This document shows, one piece after another, positions 49,169 through 61,615 of a stretch of 64,000 bases of DNA. Location: NCBI GenBank assembly GCA_973895155.1, contig OZ316898.1, forward strand, positions 1,525,927 through 1,589,926, given 5' to 3'. Origin of the DNA: Marsupella aquatica. Its lineage: Eukaryota > Plantae > Marchantiophyta. The translations under genes and the position numbers were made by a program. Every line of letters starts with the position of its first letter. The stretch's first letter is position 1. The notes below the pieces were generated by a model. The model saw only the letters and a list, made by a program, of their open reading frames with translations, did no database searches and was not told the origin of the DNA.

Positions 49169-51812
49169 ATAGAAATCATAACAAAAAACAGTCATGATTA
49201 TTATTTGACATTACATACATCATAGTCATCAGTATTCTCATCATTTCACATGATGAGTCTTCCACATGATGAGCCTTGGAGTTACCGTCTAGAGGCTGCA
49301 CTCTAGAAACCTAGACCCCAACTCTAGCTTGTAGTTACAGATTTATAAATATGATGAAGGGTTACATGGTTCTTAATTAGGGTTAGTTAAGTAACCCTGG
49401 TGACTTAACTATGGTATTCTAAGAGTGAGGCTTTACAAGAAGGAGAGGCACATTGTATTCTTTTCATTCCCTCTCACAATTAAATTTTAAGTATAATTAT
49501 TTTGTTTGACACTTGTAATTGGAGAATCCACCTTACATGCGCAGAATGCGGATTGTTTATAGTGATAATTTAATTTTTGGTTTGCTATTTTTTTATGATA
49601 ATCTAATTTTGGTTTGCTATTTTAATGATAATTTAATTTTTGATTTGCCCTATGAGGGTTCTCCCTCTGTCTTTTACACATTGGAGACTACTCTAGTAAT
49701 GACACCTTTAATCCATCATAGATTTTTGTTTATCTTTAATTTTGATCACCCCCTTAGATTTTCTCTATTTAGTATTATATATAACCTTATAAGGTAGTAG
49801 GAAACTCCGTCAGATTATCTTGTGTGACTCAGATATCAAAAGCGGATTATCTAATGTGTCTCAGAAACCAAAAGCAGGACTCATGCACCATGGCTTGAAC
49901 CTGGTACCTTAACCATTATCTTAGACTTCAACTCTTCTCACCTATTAATAATGAGGTATGTTTTTTCTCAGTACCTTCTTGAGTCCCAACATGTGTGCAC
50001 ACCATTGTGCTATAGTACTTGAGTTTTATGTCAAAAAAAATTTAAAATAGATTCAGTTTGACATATATACATCCCATAGTTCTTTCCATATTCAAATTTG
50101 GATGGAGCCATTAGAGTAACAGTCTAGAGGGTTCACTATAAAAGCCAGTTCCCAACTCTAATTTCTGTTCACTATGTATTAATAAGATTGTAGTGTACAT
50201 CATTATACATTCTGTTAAGGTTAACTCTAGTCTTGAGTTAACTTCTAATTACTTAGGCTAAATCATCATGAGGGTGTTAATGGTGATTAACCATGACTCT
50301 TGTATTTAGCAAATTGAGGGGTTAGGGAAAGCTCTTCTTGGAGACTCTTGCTCATTGTTGAGGGAGTCAGCTAGGTGCTTGGAGGAGAACTCATACAAGG
50401 AGGTTTTGTGTGGCCATGGTGGCCAAAGCTTCATAAAGCTCTAGCATTCCATGGACGTAACCTCCTTGTAATTATAAAGGACATATGAAATTAGAAAAGA
50501 CATATCAAATTAGAAATGAATATCAATTGAAATTTAAACTTTATCAAAGTAAGATACAGTGAAAACCAGGTTATAAGTACCATCAAAATCAAACTAGAAT
50601 GAATCCTACTTGTACCAATCCTATTTTCTTTTGGATTTGTAGGCTTTCCCCGCAAGGATAATGGGACGCCGATATAAGTGTGAATTGAAACCAAGTGTTT
50701 AACCATTATTTTGCTATTTCCTACAGAGGCCACTCTTATTAGTGTGTGTGAGCTTATTTATGAAGGGAGACTAAATAAGTTATCTTACTTATAAAGCGTC
50801 AATTATAAGCTAGAGTGGTGGCCTAGGCTTCTAGACCGGAACTCCATGGCTCATTGTGTGGATAGGAAAACTCATGACTATGATATATGTCAAATGATAA
50901 TCATACATGCTATTTGTCATGATTTCTATTTGCATTAAAAAATTGGGTTCTATGTCCCCACCATAACATGTGCATAGAAAGAGAAATGCACATAGAAAAG
51001 AGTATCGTATCTTATATATGATTATTAAAATAATGACAGACATGTATGATTGTTTTTTTCTATCATTCAAAGAATGTGAATAAGGTATATATTTTGGTGA
51101 AAATGTGAATAAAACATATATTTTGGTGATATTTTTATTGTACTCTCCTCTATTCAAGTTCTCTCTATTCAAGTTCTCTTGAAGGGGTAATCTTCTATTC
51201 GAGTTCTCTTGAAGGGGTAATCTGGGCTATTTTTATAGTCCCCTCTATTTAAGTTTAAAGGGAAGGGGTAATCTTGGCTAGTGATACTAATGACGGGACA
51301 GTGTAGCCTTGCCAGGAATAATATTTGGTACTAGTTTTCCCAGCGTGACAGGAAATCCTTATTTCGAGGTACTGTCCAAAGATTTGCATCCGTCCTTCCT
51401 GTCCTTCCTTTCCTTCCTCCCAACATCCACGTATACGCGTGTAACGTGGGCCAGACTTCGCTTCGAATCACCTCTGCGGTCTTGCGGATGTCGATTTCTG
51501 CGTTACATACTTACATTCGATTCCTTCCTGGAGTGTCCCAACTGAACAATTTCTTCTCTCGAATCCCACACCGCCTTCAATTCGCTGCTTGAGCCGAAGG
51601 TAGAGAGCTATGTCCTCAAGCTTCTGTAGTTCTGCGAGATACGTTGACGTTTCCTCAAAGTAGGTGGATCGTCGTGTGTTGCTCGCGGAGCAGATATCGC
51701 CACTGATTAATTTGTTGCTGGAAGCCGCGCCAACCATCTGCCACAACAAACAATTCTCGAGCCGAGCTCGGTTGCACGAGAGTTCGTGGAGGACTGAGGA
51801 AAGCGGAGGAGG

Positions 51813-52511
51813 ATGACGACGGCGGCGAGGCCGACCTGGGCGCCGGCGAAGGGAGGAAATGAGCAGGGCGGAGTGCGCATGTTTGGTGCATCGCAGAAAT
51901 ACTCTTCGCGTGACCTAGCCTCTCATACCAATCTCAAACTCAGGAAAGACGGCCAAGACACCTCCGATGATTTGCGCAAACGTAGCCTAAGGGACGAGCT
52001 CGACGAACGTGAGCATCGCCATTTCTCCTCCAAGGATAAAGATAGGGGATATGATGATCGGGACCGCAGGAAGGGAGCAATTGCCGGATACCTAGAAGGA
52101 GGCTCGAAAAGAGATAGAGGTGGCGAGGAGAAACAGGCTCCCAAGAATATCGATGCCGACGACTCAGACGTGGAAGTTAAGGGTGAGTCTGACGAGAGTA
52201 GCGATGACGATGATGAAGATGACACCGCTGAGCTTTTGGCGGAATTGGAGCGGATCAAGAAGGAGAGGGCAGAGGAGAAGTTGCGAAAGGAACGGCTGGA
52301 GCAAGAGGAGGAGATGAAAGTGAGAGAGTCGGAGCTCGTTAGAGGTAACCCTTTGCTTAATCCGACGTCCTTTGCTGTGAAGCGAAGGTGGGATGATGAT
52401 GTTGTGTTCAAGAATCAAGCTCGAGGGGAGAAGAAGGTGGAGAAGCGCTTCATCAATGACACCATCCGAAATGATTTTCATCGTAAATTTTTGAACAAAT
52501 ACATGAAGTGA
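51813..52511 (+). CDS. CWC15: spliceosome-associated protein CWC15, 232 aa, intronless CDS
   Basis: MTTAARPTWAPAKGG...YSSRDLASHTNLKLR; LLAELERIKKER; GNPLLN; VKRRWDDDVVFKNQ; FINDTIRNDFHRKFLNKYMK. Confidence 0.97.
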   Translation: MTTAARPTWAPAKGGNEQGGVRMFGASQKYSSRDLASHTNLKLRKDGQDTSDDLRKRSLRDELDEREHRHFSSKDKDRGYDDRDRRKGAIAGYLEGGSKRDRGGEEKQAPKNIDADDSDVEVKGESDESSDDDDEDDTAELLAELERIKKERAEEKLRKERLEQEEEMKVRESELVRGNPLLNPTSFAVKRRWDDDVVFKNQARGEKKVEKRFINDTIRNDFHRKFLNKYMK

Positions 52512-54840
52512 ATCTGTTGTACACTTGACTTTGTTCTTGTCATATAGATGTTTCTCATATTAGGGTTTCAGTGCAACATATGTAACATCAGTGCGACTTT
52601 CTGAAGCATTAAACGAGCGACTTCGGAGGATAAGGCGGACATGAATTACCTCGACTGGGTCTTTATATTTCTCAACGGTTCAATATACATGTCTTGGAAA
52701 CATCTTGTGGAGGCGCTGCGGGTTTTACTCATGGATTGACAACCAATCTGTCAAAGGCGAAAATGTAATTTTAAAAAAGTCCATGTGTATTACCATTTTA
52801 CTTATTACAATCTTACGAAATACGTTGTCCTGAGATTGAACTTTTTGAGATTCTTGGCTTGAAGCCATCTGAAAAGCGTTCTGTTTGAGATTCCTGCCAG
52901 ACATAGATTTTCAAGTATGAATGATGAGACAGCTCATCCATTTGTTTGCTGGGAGGGTGCCAATGCGATCTTAAGCTCCAGCTGTGAAAAAGCAGATTTC
53001 ATATGGGTGCCCAGTCCTAATGAGCTCTTGTGTTGTCATCATTTCATGTATCCATGAGGTTTGTAACGACCTAGCTCACGTGATTTTATGAAAGGAAGTA
53101 GTCGGCCGCCAGCAGTGTTCTTAGCCCCTTACAACTTATAACTAATATGATCAATGTTATTCTTAGACCACATTGTTGGAGTCAATATCTTCTAATGTTG
53201 TGTCTTATGTGTGTAGTTTGCTGACTGCCTTGTCAATAACTACATTGGAGGAGCCAAATTGCATTAGGGTTCCACTTGATCTTCTGTGCTATCGTCTACA
53301 CTGGGTTAGGACCAAACTGGAGTCACTTTATCTAGTATGGCATCTTTTGAATGGTTAAAACCACTTTAGAGCCAGGTAAGCTGCACGGTGGGTCACTTGA
53401 CCACTGTGCCATCTTCTACACTTCGGTATTTCCCGAATATGAAAGCAACGCTCACTTAGAGGATAGAACACTGCTTCATGACGGTGAGGTGCCAAGCTCT
53501 CTCGTTATGTGGGAGAGTGTTATGGTCTATAAGTGCAGGATCGGGCTAAAGCTTCAGCCCAATCTCTGCTCGTGCTTCACCCTCTTCCCTTTTTCGTTTC
53601 TGCTAGTTTCTCTGTTTTGGTGCTAGTGCCACTTTTTTCCCAACCGTCTTAACATTTTTTTTACTTGGACCGACACAAACTATGGAGAACATGTAGAACA
53701 GTCCTTCACCCATCTATCCAACCAGAAGTGTGTCCGAGTGACAGTCAATCACAGTATTGGTCGCAATCAGGTAAGCACGATGAAGAGGCCACTGGCACTA
53801 GTCGAACTCAATCCCAGTAGTAGTTCACAGTCGGCTGCAAGCTTCGGCGAACCAGCATTTAGAGATCAGGGAAGTTAGCTCATTCTTTAATTTAGAGATT
53901 GTTCTATCGATTCTAAGGGCTCGACAATTTGACTTTTCTACGCGTTCTAATTGGGCCTTAACAAGGCAGGGATGAACACAGAATCTGCTCTTTTCGCGTC
54001 TACATTGTAGATGGGTATTGGAAGCTTCAGCACCATATTTTGTTTCAATTTAGTTCGGACACTTGAATTATGCCGGTGTGAGCAATTTTCACGGCACTTG
54101 ACCTTTGCTGCCGGCTGCATGTCACCTAAGAATCATGTGGCCCAAACTCGCTCCCAAGGTTATCAAGTAGAGGTGCCACCGAAACGCTTTCCAGTTCAGT
54201 CCATACAACTTCCAAATTTCTGGAAGAAAGAATGAGTTCACAATTACAATCTCTCAGATTCCTATCTGCAACAGTTACAGTCAATGAAGAAAAACAATTT
54301 TGAGGCGTGACCCGCTTCTGCAGGACAGGTGGCTAATGGGAGCATTAATCTTACAAATACTTTATGATCCCAGTGAAATATCTTTTGGATGTTGGATTTC
54401 AGAGTAATATAGAAAGGAGGTACAGAGGTTAGCACATGTATCGCTGTTGTGGGTAACACAGCATGGGACTAATTGTGACTGAAGGCTGCTCTGATCAGAA
54501 TCTTTTTGTACGAAAGATATGTTGCATGGAAGTTCAAAGATCAGACTCTCTTGGTTGGTTTGTGACGTAGGTTAGAGTATGTGTTCAACACCAATAGTGA
54601 TTTTCCCTTGCGAACAGTGGGTCAAATAGTGGGTTTTTATGAATTTCAGGGCATCTTTTACTTCCAGATCTGAGCTCGTCGGCTCAACTCCCTGGAGTGC
54701 TGTTGCCATGTGGCGTCTTCAACCAAGTTTTGCCATGGGCAATTGTTTAGGCAGGGTTATATCGCCCTGCTGTCGTTCTTTTCTTTTCATGCCCCTGGGC
54801 TGGCTCTCTACTCTTTGCGGTTTTCATCCTCTACTCTTAA

Positions 54841-54959
54841 CTGTATATATCACTGCAAAACAACAAAATGCCCTTTACTGCGAGACAGGATTCCAAAGGC
54901 CTGTATATATCACTGCAAAAGAACACTGCACCTTAGGTCGAGACAGGATTCCAAAGGCC
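54841..54959. repeat. tandem duplication, ~60-bp unit
   Basis: ctgtatatatcactgcaaaa...cgagacaggattccaaaggc twice. Confidence 0.8.
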
Positions 54960-55739
54960 AAACTCCAATAAAGGGAAGGAACTAACTGGAACCTGAAGGG
55001 CCAAAAAGCTCAAGCACAAGAGTCCCAACAGCCAAAGAACAAAAGCCCAACTGAGACACAACCTGAAAAGCCAGGCAGAACCTTGGGGTAAATTCCATGG
55101 GAGGTTCAGAACGAGGGATTTGACTAGATGCCTCAAAACCAGTTGTCTTGGTCTGACAAAGGGTAGTGACTGCCTGAGATACTCACTAGCGAAAAAGCCA
55201 GTGAGGGACTCACATGGATTCTTTGTTCTGTTTTGAAAGCATTCTTTACTCTGAGTATGGCGCAATAGCATACTCTTACTCGTACTAGTTTTTTTATTAT
55301 GTTGGTTTCAAATGCATTGCGTTTTACTCACAAGTAAAGAATGCTTTCAAACAAAAACAGAGGGACAGAACCAGCAAAATCAACGAGGGACAGAACTGTC
55401 ACCTCAAATTCTCACACTGATTACACTGATTTTTTTGGAGCTGACACATTAGCTTAACACATTACAACAGAGCATACTTAGACAAAAGATGATGGTGAGT
55501 TGTGGCCAGGCTGGGCTCATACCCAAGCCAAGGTTAGCATTGCCAGGTGCCTTCGGACAAAGGAAGTCTTTTAGTTTGCATCTGTGAAATTTAGCACTAT
55601 ATGGAATCTACAAAGTACCATTACCTATGCTCTGTTTTTGATCCCATACAATTTTGTGTTATTAATGCTAATTTGGAAGTAACACTAAGTCTTTTCTCAC
55701 ACTAATCGTGGTGAACAGTTTAGGGTTGTAGACTGGATA

Positions 55740-56460
55740 CTTACTCCTTACAGTAAACCAAAGTCTTTACTCCTTACGGCAACCAAAGTATTCACTCCTT
55801 TTAGCAGTCAAAGTGTTTACTCCTTACACCAACCAATGTATTTACTCCTTACAGTACCCAAAGTGTTTATTCCTTACAGCAACCAAAGTATATACTCCTT
55901 ACAGTAATCAAAGTGTTTACTCCTTAAAGCAACAAAAGTATTTACTCGTTACAGAGACCAAAGTATTCACTCCTTACAGTAACCAAAGTCTTTGCTCCTT
56001 ACAGTAACCAAAGCATTTACTCCTTACAGTAATCAAGAGTATTTACTCCTTATAGTAACCAAAGTATTCACTCCTTATCGTAACCAAAGTATTTACTCTT
56101 TACAGCAACCCCAAGTATTTACTCCTTACAGTAACCAGAGTATTTACTCCTTACAGTAACCAATTCTTTACTCCTGACAGTAACCAAATTCTGTACTCCT
56201 TACAGTACCAAATTTTTTACTCCTTACAGTACCCGAAGTCTTTGCTCCTTACAGTAACCAAAGTATTTACTCCTTACAGCAACCAAAGTCTTTACTCCTT
56301 ACATTAACCAGAGAATTTGTATTCCTTACAGTAACCAAAAATATTTACTCCTTACAGTAACCAGATTCTTTACTCCTTACAGTAACCAAAGTCTTTACTC
56401 CGTACAGTAACCAAAGTCTTTACTCCTTATAGTAACCAACGTCTTTACTCCTTACAGTAA
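55740..56460. repeat. 25-bp minisatellite, ~29 copies
   Basis: Consensus TACTCCTTACAGTAACCAAAGTATT head-to-tail, no unique spacers. Confidence 0.96.
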
Positions 56461-56735
56461 GCGAATCCAGTAGCCCGTGGAAATGCTCTTATTATTAGCT
56501 CTGCTGACGAGCAGCAATTTTAGAGCTCCCCAAATCGTTCGAATTGCAACGCAGCGCCGAACGACAGCAAAAGCAGGAGATCGTCGTTCGTCAATCACAC
56601 GAAGAAATTCCAACATTCTTTCGTTCTTTCGTTCTTTCGTTCCGCTCTAGTGCAGTAGATCGTCGTTCGTCAATCACACGAAGGAAGTCCAACATTCGTT
56701 CGTTCGTTCGTTCGTTCCGCTCTAGTGCAGTGTGA

Positions 56736-56777
56736 GAAGAAGAAGAAGAAGAAGAAGAAGAAGAAGAAGAAGAAGAA
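56736..56777 (+). repeat. (GAA)14 microsatellite upstream of JMJ30
   Basis: Direct reading; preceded by a ~72-bp tandem duplication with (TTCG)n. Confidence 0.95.
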
Positions 56778-56965
56778 GGAGGAGGAGAGCTTTCTGAACG
56801 ATGTCGATTGTTTCTGAAATGCTCTGAGAGATCGAGATCGAGATCGGTCTCGTGGCTGGCTGGCTGGCTGATCATAATTGAATGACTGGATGGATCGTTC
56901 AGCTGGTGCCATCTTGTCGTCGTCGTCGTCGTCGTGGTCCTTCTTGCCGCTCTGTGTATCGTAAA

Positions 56966-59751
56966 ATGAATGGATCGGCCTCTCCGGAGGCCGTGATGCT
57001 GGAGAATCTGAGCAGGCAGGGCGGGGCGGGGTTTGTGGCGCTGGTAAGCTTGGCGGAGACGGGGGACATGCACGCCGCGGAGGAGATTCACGACATGGCG
57101 TGGGAGCAGCTCCACTCGGGCCCGTGGCACGCCGTGGATGCCGTCTGGCGGGACGCCTATTCGCTCTCCAGCCTCTTCATCGCAGCCTGCTTTGAACGGG
57201 AAGGAAGGCTGGAGAAAGCTTTGAAGTATTTGGATATGGGACTGATCATGGGCGGCCTCCTCTTCCGGGGGAGACTGGAGACTGCCATTGCCGCGATTCA
57301 GGGCTCGGTGAGTGCCCCTGTTGCCCTAAATCCTCCGGAGACTGCAGCAGCAGCTGCTGGTGATGCTGACGGTCCAGTTGCGAGTGCCGCTGCTGCCTCG
57401 GAAGAGGATGCTGAGGAAGAATTAGGGTGTGCTAGGAGAGGTGGAATTCCTTTGGCTAGTGAGTCGGTGACAGCTGGGATTGTGGCAGCAGCTGAATCGA
57501 AGAAGCGAAAGGATCATCCTGATCAGCGACAACATGCAGAGGGAGGCGTCTCGAATGGCTCTTCGATAGCACACGATGTGGATGCTGCTGCCAGATTGAA
57601 ATGGACTGCCTATACCGAGGTGACCAACTCCTTGGTTTTTAGTGTGGTTTACGCATATCTACATCTATATCAGGATTATTGGTTGGAAATCCAGAAGGTT
57701 TTTAGGGTTTAGGGTTTCACCATGGCTTTGGGTTTAAGTTTAGATCAATATAAGTTATTGTTGACAAACGCTGCGTATGCAGAATGGCTTCGTATATAAA
57801 CAGTTGAACATGTCAAGTCACTGGTCTGTGCATTGCGCGACCTACATGGGGAGTACCTCAGTGAATCTCTGGCTATAGTTTTACTCTGTCACGGGTTTTA
57901 ACCTGGACAAATACTTTGAACCATCATGATGCTGATAATGAATGGCAAATACACGAAAGCGTTCTCTATCCACTGAAACCAGATGTCTCTTCCGTGTCTT
58001 ATTCGGAAAACAGACTTGAGGTGCTGCAGAGCCAGTGAAGTGCTCGCAATAGATATATTTTTCGCCTTCGTCTGTACTGGAAATTTGGCAAAGTCTAATC
58101 TCGATGCAGAATTTGCTTGCAGGTACTTAAAAAGTTACCTCCCGGTTCTTTGTGTCAAGCAGGGATTGAGGAGAGGTGTCTCCCATCTCTTGAATCATTT
58201 GCGCGAGATTTCTTCTTGCCAGGATTTCCAGTAGTGATCAAGAAAGGAATGTCTCATTGGCCAGCGATAACCAAGTGGAAGGACTTAGACTACCTACTAA
58301 AGGTTGCTGGTAATCGAACTGTTCCGGTGGAGGTATTTCCTTAACTTGGAGACTGACAATAACTCAAATTGACCCGTTGAGGATGTAGCTGTCTTGAAGT
58401 ATAGCAATTTCCCTTTGTGATGATGGTGGCTCCTGGAGTTTGGAACCACTTCTAGGCAAGAATTGGGAAACTAAAAATCTGGAAGCAATGCATGTATCAG
58501 ATTGGTGAACATTATCTGGCACCGGGATGGAAGCAAGAGCTGATGACAATAGGGGAGCTGTTAGAACGCAGTCATGCATCAGCTGTCACGTCTGCAACAC
58601 GGCCTTATCTTGCTCAGCATGCCCTCTTTGACCAGGTTTTCCCTTGCATGTCCTTCCTGTCCATGGCTTCATGTATCAACGACGTTTTATTTCATTTCAA
58701 TTCAGAATATGGTAGACGATATTCTTGTAGAATTGCAAGGCTCCACATTGCAGTGAAGACCTTTCTTACGGGTTTACCTCTTTTATCGGGATGAAATCCC
58801 AGTATTTAGAGTTCAGATGGCTGAACAAGGATAGTTACATACAATTATACGTGCTATATATACAATTCATACACAGAATTTTTCTTTTAAATTTCAGAAT
58901 TGGCCAGGAAACATTGACATCAGTGGAGTGATTGGGCTGGCCTAGGATGGCAGATTCCTGAGTTAATGCAAGACATCAGAGTTCCTGACTACTGCGCCTT
59001 GGGAGGCGGTGAGATGAAAAGCGTAAATGCTTGGTTTGGTCCACCTGGCACTGTGACACCCCTTCATAAAGATCCTCATCATAATCTATTCGCCCAAGTA
59101 AGCTCCTCGTCATTAACTGAAATCAATTTAAACACATTTACGCCCTTCAATGAAGTTTTTAGCTTAGAAATATAGTTATACGCTTTTTTCAGACCGTCTT
59201 TCATGTAAACGTTATGTCCCGGCACAGATTTAGTACACTGATCTTCTCATTAATGCAGGTCCTTGGACAGAAGTACGTCCGGCTGTATTCCCCTCAACTG
59301 TCTGGACAACTCTATCCGTTCAGCGAATTTATGCTCTGCAACTCGAGCCAGGTACGCTCTAGATGTTCATAAAACAATGCCTTTGATGATTTCCGTTATC
59401 CATCTCCTCTATCTCCATTCCAGTTTGTCTTCATAATGTAGGCCGCTATCCGTGGGTACGAGCTGGCGTTATGGGCTAGTGGCTTCCCCGTTCTTTGTCT
59501 TGCAATCCCATGGTCTTTCACTGACCTGACTGCTCTTTTAGGTGGACCTCGACAACCCTGACTACCAAAAACATCCAGAAATCCTGAAACTTTCGTGTAT
59601 GGACTACATCTTGGAGGAAGGAGACATGCTTTACATTCCCCCAACATGGTGGCACTATGTTAGATCTTTAAGTCGGAGCTTCTCAGTCAGTTTCTGGTGG
59701 GCTGTCAGCTCTAGTGATGAGGATCCTGATGAGTGTGGCTCATTCGTTTAA
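56966..59751 (+). CDS. JMJ30: JmjC-domain protein JMJ30/JMJD5 (KDM8), ~481 aa, 6 exons
   Basis: Exons 56966-57619, 58123-58332, 58501-58635, 58954-59097, 59259-59351 and 59542-59751; [59 protein letters not shown] (HxD...H triad). An alternative in-frame ATG lies at 56882. Confidence 0.95.
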
Positions 59752-61615
59752 TACTATTAAGGTGGTGAGATTTACCTTACGCCTCAGCTCTTCTTAGGCA
59801 TGGAAATGAGTCATCATATGCATCCCAAGACTAAAGTGGTCAGGTTGTAGATCTAGATTATTTGTGAAAGATGCTAGTTTCGTCGTCAAAATTGCGATGA
59901 TATGAAAATCGGGACCAGTGTACATGCTGTGTTTGCATTCAGTTCTGCATTTTAGCATAGGCTTCATATAGAAGAAAAGGTTAACAGGTTTGATGGAAAT
60001 ATGCATTGACAAGGTAATCTCAAACGATAGGTGAGTTTGTAGGATCTGCTCCAAGGAGCCAAGATGATACTTTGGCTATTGATGAAACAAAGTATTGAAG
60101 AAGTTGCACAGCTATTTTCTTTGAATAAACGATGAGAAGTGGCTGCTTTGCCAAATCACAGACTTGACATTTCTCTACCATTTGGTTAGTCGCTTTTCTG
60201 GAATCGCTGTGATTTTCTGACAGTAAATCTGAACCATCACTTCATAAACAAACAGTTAAATAGTATTAATATGAGATTTCTATGAACAGCATTGCCAAAT
60301 CACTATTGTACTTCTGTTCCTGAGTGTAAGGCAATGTAGCCTGGGAAACTCATATCAAACTTGCCCTTGAAATAAAGGGATCGTGGATTTTGATCGCATC
60401 AAATGCACATATTATCTGGCCCCGTCAAAACCTTGTGGAGTTTGAATTACAGACTGCAGCAGGACAAATATTAGGATTCCTACATCACTAGTAGGAAGAT
60501 TAGGCACGGACTGGTTTTCATAAGCGATCGTTCGGTGTGAAGCAACAGACTGGACATGAATTCACCGAAAAGACTAACCGAAATGACTAACCGAAAAGAC
60601 TCCACCACACGAAAGGGTGGTGCTAATGTTGTCCAATGCTTGTTGAGTGAGTTCTGTGACAACTCCCAATCTAGCCCCCTCGAAACCTTGTGGAGTTAAT
60701 TAACGACTACAACATCACCGGTAAGATGTGTAAGATTTGTCAAACACATCATTAAGAATAGACTGGTAAGTGGGTCAGATAACTGATATCCTGTGACTGG
60801 AGCTGGCGGACCCAACCATGTCAAAGATCTGCAGTGTTGTCCTTTCACATTTGCGAGAAACATTGGTATATTGAAGGCTTCTAAACTTATATGCCTCAGA
60901 TAAGCTTTCATGAACTTCTAACGAGAGCAAGAAGATCATCGTTACCCATATGGGAACTGGTCGACAATCAAAATATCAGTACTTTTGATCTAGACAACGT
61001 ACCTGTAACACTTACTAGTGGCATCTTATTCACATCTGGCAATGGGCCCCGCCTGTGGCATGATAGACCTGTAAGCTATTCGTGACGATGTGGGCTAGCA
61101 ATTAGGGAATACCTTGTAGAATCTCAACCCACTTGGCACATACGTATCTCATTGACCCAGTCAGCGCAGGTCTTGTAATGAGGAACGATGGGCCTAAAGA
61201 GAGACAGTGCATAAGCGCAAGCACATCAAAGTCACGTGGAAGGTCGCAACCAGGACATGAAACACACCCTCCCCCCCGGTCATAGCAGACGGAATTGGTA
61301 ACCAAGTCCTTCATTTTACATCTCTTGATGCCAATCGGCGATGGACGACAGTTTTCTTAACGCGAAGCACATCGAAGTCTTAGCCCTAGTCCTAGTTGTA
61401 TAATGGCCAGAATTAACTTGATTTACAGCGTGGCCCACCAGGAACCATTCACTAATTTCGAACACCCAAAGACAAATTAAGAATGGCTTACTTGACAACA
61501 AAGTCCGGAAACGTTAACCTACCGCCCTATTATGTCAAGACCTCTAAACAAACGACATATATCTCTGAGCTCCACAGGATACTATCAAAGATATCAGCAA
61601 TTTGAAGATGGGTGT

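Noticed and set aside
49260-50470. Degenerate direct repeats with LTR-like motifs
   Set aside because: Too decayed to delimit or classify
51923-52481. Minus-strand ORFs over CWC15
   Set aside because: Antisense shadows with low-complexity translations
55740-56460. CRISPR-like array
   Set aside because: Units are head-to-tail with no unique spacers, there are no cas genes, and the context is eukaryotic
57697-57718. TTTAGGG repeats as an interstitial telomere
   Set aside because: Only ~2-3 units in JMJ30 intron 1; an ordinary telo-box-like motif
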